Source of the DNA: Podarcis tiliguerta
Lineage: Eukaryota
DNA: 64,000 bases
Reading direction: 5' to 3' (one strand)
Assembly: GCA_965153285.1 (NCBI GenBank)
Contig: OZ229111.1
The notes below the pieces were generated by a model. The model saw only the letters and a list, made by a program, of their open reading frames with translations, was not told the DNA's origin and made no database searches. A program made the translations under genes and the position numbers. This document shows, in pieces, positions 51,401 to 60,500 of this stretch (positions within the stretch are counted from its first letter, which is position 1; every line of letters begins with the position of its first letter).

Positions 51401-54400
51401 TGTCTCCACCCTGATAACCTTGGGATAGATGTGGCCAAACTATCACAAGCCTGAGCTGCTCAGCTAGGACCCCGCCTCCCTCTAGGTTAAGTAATGAATA
51501 AAACAATATCTAACAGGTTTCCGTGGAATTCCAATATTTTTATCTTAAAGTCAAAGGCAGATACCGTTTCTGATTCTATCATTAATCAACCCTTCAGATA
51601 CCTAGGTGAAAGGATCATTTGGATGCTTAGAAGATCTGCCTAATTTAGTTGTGTGTGCAAACTACTTCCATTTTCTTTTTCATACAACCAAATATTAAAA
51701 TTTTAATACTAAGAAATTAATTTAGCTACCAGAAGCTTTTGGTTTTGATAAGGAGGAGAAAGGAGAGAGAAGTCATAGTAGCACTCAAAATACAATTATA
51801 AACCAAAGTATACAAAAGTAAATCAGGGTTCTGTCCACAGCGAAGGTTTAAGTCAATGTCACTACACATCAACACGAATCCATTTAAGGTTTCTATATTT
51901 AAGGAACACCAGAACAAATCCTCATTTTCAATATGTACTGTCCTTTTGCTAGGAAAGCTGCAGGAAAGCTGAGCTTAATACAACACATTTCTGTACCACT
52001 CTTAACATCATTTTAGGGTGGTGCACAACAGTGTTTAAAATATACATATCAAATTTAAATTAACATTAGTGAAGAATATCCAACAAGGGAGAAAAGTTCA
52101 ATTCTGTGCCTCATGGTGTCTGACATCTACGAGAAACCACTGCACAAGATTATTCAGTGTTTTTGGAGTGCTATGTCATCAGGAGTTGATAACACCCAAC
52201 TCCAACTGTGTATAGGCATGAGTACAAAAGTACCAAACCACGTAGAGGGACAGAAGCATGCATGCAAGCTTGACCCTCAATGTCACTGCACACGCCTCTT
52301 CCCTGCTCAGTCTCCAAACCTTCCCATCTTCTATAGGGATTCTACCCACATTCACTTGTACATGATTGATCGCGAAGAGAGTTGTACTTGCATTCACATG
52401 AGGATAATTCCTATACAGACCTTCCCTACACAAGAGAAGGTCAGGGACTGAATGAGGGAAGTGTGCATGATGAAGTTGGGGGCAGGGCTTGTACACTGGA
52501 CCCAGAATCCCTACACAATTTGGTGCTTACATGTTCAGACAAGGACCTGAACACCTCTCCCATCTCTCATTTCCATTTCCGTCCTAGTAGAATCAGTGAC
52601 TGAGACTGGTAATGCATTGCATGGAGCTAAAGGAATTTAAACCTAATTCAGACAAGATTAGTTGATTAGTGCAGCTGCTGGTTCATAGCAGACCTTTCTT
52701 TTTCTATAGGCATATTGCCTGTTTATTTTATTGTTTTAAACCTTTCTGACTCTCTGGAGAGGAGTATTTCATTCTTTCCATCTTACCTTCTGCTAAAGTA
52801 AGCCATCAGATTTGGGGAATTTATAAGGATATACCTCAGTTTCTTGTAGAACGAGAACCATGTGCTAGTTAATAAGGCCAATCTAGAAGGCATACAAGTT
52901 GCTAGACAGCTACTGAAACAGAACTCAAAGGTTTGGGACAGGTATACAGCTCCAGCTAAAACCCCAAACTTTAGCATTCTTGTTCCAAGGATAATAGAAC
53001 TTTAGCAAACTGTTTGTGACTCAATAAGAAATACTGACAGGGCAATTATGCACAGAAGACTTCTGTACAAATGCATCTGCAGGTGATCAGTGTTGTCAAT
53101 CACACATTGCCAGTGGGATCCCAGTTCTGATCACTACTGTTCCACACAGACTAATAGTACTGGGGGAAAGAGCTGTTTTTATGGCAATACCACAATAGCT
53201 CTAAATCCCCTCATCATAAATATCATACGTTAATGCTTCCTGATTGTCACCAATCAGGGCATTATGTAGAAGGGGTTCTTGTGAATGAGAGATCTATGAG
53301 CCCAGGATCTCTGCGGAGTAGTAAAACATTAACAGCACACTGCAAGGCTACAAAGCAATATTCTAGTACAGGAACATAACATAGCACTACCTTGCTCTTA
53401 AGGGTTTGGAAAGCCAACTGGATGGAGGGCAATTCTCACTACAGCAGTTCTCAGAATTTATAGATTAACAAAAGAAACCAGTTTTAATTCTTTCCAGGTC
53501 TACAGAAAATATGTGTACGTGCTGTGGTTATAACAGTACACTTTGCAACAGACAATGGAACAATTAGTCAAATCTATGGCAAAAGAACATTTTAAAAGGC
53601 CTTCATGCTAAGGGGGCAGATTTACCATGAGAAGGAGTGCTATGGAGCTTGAAAGCCATTTTTGCAACACTTGTAAGTGCTTACGCTAGTAAAATCATTT
53701 GCCACATGAAAAAAAAATGAATGAACTACCAGCAACTGAAAGGACACAGAAATAATTTCACAGGAGTGAGACTATCAACAGCCAACAATCAGAGACAGTA
53801 TTTCTTTCCCAAGAGGCAAGGCATCAAGTAATATTGCTGCCCTGGCAAGCTCTTGAATCCTGCTTGATCATTCCTGTTTGCTTTGCCCAGATTTTCCAGC
53901 ACTGGCACAAGAAGTATTACAGATGTGCTGGTAAATGACATCCATACTGCTGCAGATGCTTAAAAACTGAAGCAGAAAAGCTTTGGGACAAAATTGCCTG
54001 TCCCTCTTCATCACAACAAAGAAATATATCAAACGATGTAAACGTATCCTGTAAGCATTGCCACTTTTCAAGGCAAAGCATCATAGTCATGGCATGAGAG
54101 CCCAATCTCCGCGGAGAAGAATCTTACGCATGGAAGCCCAGGGATTCTGCCTGATTCCGTGCATAAGATCAGCAAAGTTGCCTTCTTCAGGCAACTATAG
54201 CATGGAGGGGAATGATGTGTTTCTCATATATATATATATATATATATGCTTTCGTAGATTTTCACGGGTACAGGAATGCAGGTTTTGGTGTCCTCGGGTG
54301 TCTTCCCGTGTAAAAGTTGGGGTGTCTAGGCGACGTTTCGACGAGGTCTCACTCGTCATCTTCAGGCTGGTGCTTTCGGCTTCTTGTTACTGGAACAGAG

Positions 54401-54555
54401 CAGGATCTTATAGGAACTCAAACACTGAGATCCTGCTCTGTTCCAGTAACAAGAAGCCGAAAGCACCAGCCTGAAGATGACGAGTGAGACCTCGTCGAAA
54501 CGTCGCCTAGACACCCCAACTTTTACACGGGAAGACACCCGAGGACACCAAAACC

Positions 54556-54592
<37 letters not shown>

Positions 54593-57500
54593 GATGACAT
54601 AACAAAATCAGTGATTTGAACGTGCTGAGCCCAATAATCTTTGTTTGGGATAGCAGAGTAGTTAAATTGGAATCTGACAGATCTCTGGGTGATGTGAAGT
54701 AGATTGACAAAGACTGGCTTTCAACTGTTGCAACAAACAATGGCAACAACAAAATGATCCCTGTGGAAACCAAGCTGGGGGGGTGATATATGACCAAGTA
54801 TATTTTTGTAAGGAAGCACTAGAGGCTCTTTTCAGTTCCAAAACTTAAAGGCAAATTCCTGGGCTTAACACACTTCAATTAAGTTTATGTCTTTTATACC
54901 TGTCTCCAGTTCATGGGGTCTAAGGAAAATAACAAAGTAGGCCCCAGAGGCCTGTAGTCTGCTACCCCAAACCACTATGTTACAATTTCACATTCAGCAA
55001 AAAATATTTTAAGGAAATTGATTCTCTTATTATAACTTTTTATGGCGTTTTAAGTCCGATCTAAAATAGGGTATAAAAATACAATTTCCTTTATATGAGG
55101 ATTGGTTTAATTTCCTAAATTACAAGTTTAACTATTTCTTGTTAGTGAGCATGAGGCAGGGGACCTTAGAGAAGACTCTTTATTCTCCTGGAAGGGTAAA
55201 CATGGAACTAGCACAGTTATTACCATTGTTTGGGCAAGTAGCTTTAAGGTCACATTATTTTAGTTACCCAGAAATGTACTGCATTGCCTGACTCAGAAAT
55301 TTGGACCTGATGAACTGCGCCAAATTGATGAAAATACTTGATTTTCTCAGAATGTTTCCGTATCCTCCACGACTCGCTACAATGTTATGTTAAAATGTTT
55401 TAGAAGTACTCAAAGCCAATATGAATTACTTATGAATTAAAGAGGATTCAGAACAAAATCTAACACCCCTGCAATGGATAGCAACTCTTCAGTTGCCTCG
55501 GGACTCATCTATACAGCTGCAAATAAAACATTTAAGTGTGCAATATACAATGTGACACTAGTTGGTGATGGTGAACCTTATGGAAAATTCAATGTATTTT
55601 TTTTAAAAAACACTTTAAAAAAAGCATTTTCAGAACGGTTTTTATAAGTATGTAGATTCTACCTCAATTGTGCCTCAGGCTTACTTCACTAGAAGCATAC
55701 ATTTCACTTTCACTGGTCCATTAATTGTTGGTGGGGGGGGGCTGTTTTACAGATCAATAGGTGAAGTATGGCAGCTACAAAAATGAAATACAACTTCACA
55801 AAAGAAAACTTGATTCACAGGTTTTAGAGCTGTTCTATCAGTGAAGGCTTTTTGGAGGCAATATGCAACAACCTTATAACACCTGCATCAACTCCATCCA
55901 TTATGGTCAACAATGCTTGAGAATTATATATTTATGGTTTTAAAAGGAGAGATTTTTGTAAACACTGAGTCACCCTCTGAAAACCAGTACTCTTTTTTAA
56001 AAAAAAATGCACTGTATTTCTAGAGCCAATGACAGTCAGCTGGGACAGAACATTGGGAATTGCAAGTACGAATGCAGCAATAAGCTTTAAACAATAATAA
56101 TGAAATATATGTTGAAAGTATTTAATAATTAATTTAAATATATATATATATTAATTCACTCATTATATGACAAATTTCTGCAAGGATCTATATTGGTGTT
56201 CATGCCTTTTTCTTTCTTTTGCTTTTTCTATTATGAAAATATCTGACAACGGGGCTAACAGACAGTTACGCTTACTGTAGCCTGCTGGAAAGTTTCACGA
56301 TCATCTCCGCTTCTCTCCTTTTGAAAGTGAACGGGGCAATGTGATTACTACCCATTGTTGCTTGTGTATCACTTCAGCCAGGAAAGAGTTGTAAAAATGA
56401 CAGGAAAACACAGTGCTGTTATCACATGACACAATAACACATACACACATAGTAACTGAAAAGACAGACTGCCTTTTATATACAAAATGAGCACATTTCA
56501 GTTCCTTGTTAAGGGCTAGTCTATACCTCTCTTTTTGGAAAAAGGAAAAAAGCAAAGTGTGTGGCAGTTCATTTAAAGCCTTTTTGAAACCACTCATACT
56601 AATGCATGAAAGCCGTGGAAGGCTACAATCTGTTGTCACCTTACTTGAAAGTAAATCCCTCGGAAATAAATGGGGCTTACCTCCAAGCAAGACCATTTAG
56701 GAATAGCATGCAAGCCTTAATTTCAGATGCAGTGTTTCCTTTTGTCCTATGAACTACATACCTGCAATAAAATTGCTAGCTAAAATCAACTAATTAGTGC
56801 CACTGACCTTCTTTGTCACAATTTGCTACATTGTTTACCACTACATTGCTTCATCATATTGTTTCGATAAAGGTAAATTTCTTACCTGAAAACTAGTGCT
56901 TGTGTCTTGGATCCACCAATCAGGAGAAGTAACCATTACCCTACTTATTTAGATTGGAGTGAACTGAATTCTTCCCTAAGAAACTGGAAGAGCTAGAAGC
57001 TAGCTTTCACTGTCCACTCTGTGATTGTGTGAGGAACAAGGAAGTTTCTGGATCCGAATCTCTCACAAGTATTTCCAGGTAAGAAATCTCCTCTTCTAAC
57101 ACTAACAAAACCGACCCCTTTGCAGGGGCAGGACAAACAGGGGAGGAAGATTCAGTCTGTTTACATACATAAAAACCAATGGTCAAGTCAAGACTGTTAG
57201 GAAAAGAGATGTATCCAAATCTCCTTGAGTCCTCTGCTAATTAAGGAGAGACAGAGAGGGGGACACAGAGATCTGCCATGCTGCTTCTCTGATCTGCTTC
57301 TTAGGATTCCCGCCCCCCACAAAAAAAGGGAAATCCAACCAGAGGCTCACAAGTAAGAAGAGAGAAAGTAAGTTATTCTGATCTCTCAGTGGTGTTGAGG
57401 TTTCCAATAGGAATGGGGGGTGGATACAATGACCGCCCCTAGAAATTCAAAGAAGAAAGAGAAGAAATGAAGTACTTAAGGCATCTTCTTCAAGGATCTA

Positions 57501-60500
57501 AGGTGAGATACACAGCGATCTGGCGATCTCTATTGTGAAATAAAGCGAACTGTAATGGTTGGCATGGAGACAGTCTTTACTCAAATATAATAATTCTATA
57601 ATTCTTGTCAAAAAAAATGTACTGGAATTAATTCTCTCTGCATAGATTTTACTTTTCTAAATCCTGAACCTTCGTCAAGGAAAAAGAAAAACCTGAGTTG
57701 GAAGGTGCCTGCCCCAACTCTTGAGGGGAAGTTTGAAGCTGCATGAAAAGGATATGGCGGGGGGGGGGGGGCGGCAGTTCTCCAGCTAGAGTTTTAGAAT
57801 ATTATGGAGCTGTTCAACACAGGTACTCTGAAGAAGAAAGCTTAGGGGGAACTTGCCAGTTTAGTACTTCCTCTTCTATTCTAGACGCACAGAATCATTA
57901 GGCACTTCAGGATTAAAGTCATGTTCCAGCAGTCATGATTTAATTATGGCCAAATCTCTCTTGCTCTGATTTTATTTTTATTTTTTTAAAAAAAGACATG
58001 AAGATTTAAAGCAATGCCATCCATTTGAGAATCTGTCCATGCTGCAGCCTTCAGAATCAGGAACTTTGGTTCAATTTCATCAAGTTTTGAAGTGTGTACT
58101 TTGGATCTTAGTGCCTATCTTAGGAAGCCAGGCTCCAACTGCAGTGACTATGTAACCTGGATTGCCTCACCAATTCTGTATTCAAAGAGAAACTAATGAC
58201 TTATGAACGTAGTAAAGATCTGGATCTGGATCACTTGCAAACCCCTTTCGAGCTCTCCAGCCGCATTCACTTCCCCTCAATGCTGTCAGTTTTATACTGT
58301 ATAGCAAGAAAAGTGCTGTGTAAAAGACTTAGCAGGAACAGTGAACTATTGGGGTTCAAGAATTAAGCAAAAGTCCTTCTGATGAAATGTAGCAAGGTGA
58401 TGGTCAGCTTGAAAGTATCACTTTGTATCTCACTTCTTGCAAAGAAATACAATCTAGAGATCTGGAGGACTCAGCTATACAGCTGCAAACAAAATGTTTT
58501 GAATGTATTGTAAAGTGCAATATACAATCATAACACTAGGTGCTGACTGTGAGCTATAGCAAATTCAATGCATTTTTCAAAACGATTTTAGAAAAAGCAT
58601 TTTGACAAGATTTTTAACCTGTGTGTAGATTCCACCCCAATGAATGCCAGAGCTTACCAATCTGCTTTAGCTGAAGCAGCTAAACCTCAGTAAACAGGGC
58701 AGAACCAGCTTGGGAAAAACTCTTACCTGGCCTTTTACTTTCAAGAAAGCCATGTATGTACATGCTTTCCCCACTCACTCTCTGCAGCCACTGTGCAACA
58801 AACACAGCTGCACTGTAACAGGGAAGAAGCATACCTGCTGCTGTTCTGGCAAAGTGTTATATCTCCCAGTTGTGCCTTTAGGAAGCGAAAACTCTTATGT
58901 CTGACCTTTTGCAATATGGCAGCAAAGCACCAAGGAACATGAAATATTTCTAGTTTCAACGTGGTTCACTATAACAGCCTCCAGGACTCATTAACAGGGC
59001 TCCATAGATGATATAAATACTCAACCAGGGCTGCAGCAGTTGTGAGTCAAATGTAAATCACCACAGTACCAGAACAGCCCCTAGGGTCTACAGATGTTAT
59101 TGTGCATTCTGTATCTTACTGTATAGTTTACCTAGAATTAAGCAACAGACTCATGTGCATGGAAGACTGTATATCTACCACCTCTACAAACTTTCAGAAT
59201 AATCTACAATCAATCTAGGGGAAAATTTGACCCTAATCAATCCAAATCAGAAGAAGCCAAGCCAAGCCAGAGGTAGAAAAAAAGGAGGGGGAAATGGAAG
59301 AGCGAGTAGTAACAATACTGATCTATCATAGGACTTATGTGAACCTCCCCACTGTGGAAGTTGTTGCTATGTTAATATTCTATGGTGAAACTATGAGAAT
59401 GAAGTACTACACTGTTTACAAAACACAAAATGAGAATCTCTGTCAATCTATACTACACAGGATTTGTGTGGGGGTTGCGTGCCAGGTTACTGTGCACGAT
59501 AGTGGAGCACACATAAGCCCACTCTGCCCCATTATGCCTCCTTTTCTAGCCACCTCCAGGTCAATTTGATGCGCATGTGCACAAACATGCGCAAATAAGT
59601 TGTTGCCTTTATGTACATGTGGCATCTGAGGTAACTGCTAATTCAGGAGATCTAATTCAAGCTTTGGCAAGGACCTAGACACACCATAAAAACATCAAGT
59701 CAGAGTAACTAGTCTTAAATTTATCAAGTTAAAATTATAGGACCAATACAGACATATTACAATTACATGTATGTAACATCATTTAAACCACAATGTTAGC
59801 ACATAAAGTAACTTTTACAACACACATAAAGAACTCTGCTCCTTAACTAGCCAAGGTGACAGGAGAAGGCACAAGACGGTGCAATAAAGTGTGAATAAAC
59901 TCTAACATGGTGGTGGGCACACTGGCAGCAGTTTTCCGCAAAGCTTTATGCCTAATTTACATATAGCTGCAGAACAAACCAGGCAGCTTCACCTTGAATA
60001 AAGTAGCCAACCACAAATTCTACAGAAAGAAAGCTAGCATTATGCTAAAACCAGTTCTTCCTTATAAACAGGGAAGCCCCACAAGCCCACATTGATACTT
60101 ATCACCAAGTATATTTATCCCCTTCTGAAACCACTTTTCACCTGAACAATGTGTTTTGGTAATCTCCTCCATAGCTGTTTTTTGGGGGGCAGTTGAATTC
60201 TGGACAGAGAAAATCTTGGAACGAAGAGCTTTAAAGAAGATACATTCCTTTCCTCAACCTGCCTGTAATAAAAGCTGCAATTTCTTATCCGAAGATTCCA
60301 TCACTGAAGCCCCTGAACACAACCTGTGAACCCAACAAAGTATGCCTAAGGGGCAATTAAATGTGGGTAAGGAGCAGTATAACCAATGACTGCCATTAGC
60401 TTTTAGGACACAAAAATCAAGCAAATTGTCCAACATTTTCAATTGTTCAGAAAAATAGGATAAAGCCTTCAAAACTAAGCCCAAATGCCTAGCCTCCAGA

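Noticed and set aside
54276-54560. Hairpin as a microRNA precursor (mammalian miR-744 is intronic in MAP2K4)
   Set aside because: The stem is too long and perfect, shows no miR-744 resemblance I can see, and its architecture fits a retroelement.
54058-54797. ORFs of 138 aa and 96 aa crossing the palindrome
   Set aside because: They read through (TA)n microsatellites (IYIYIY) and have no coding signature.
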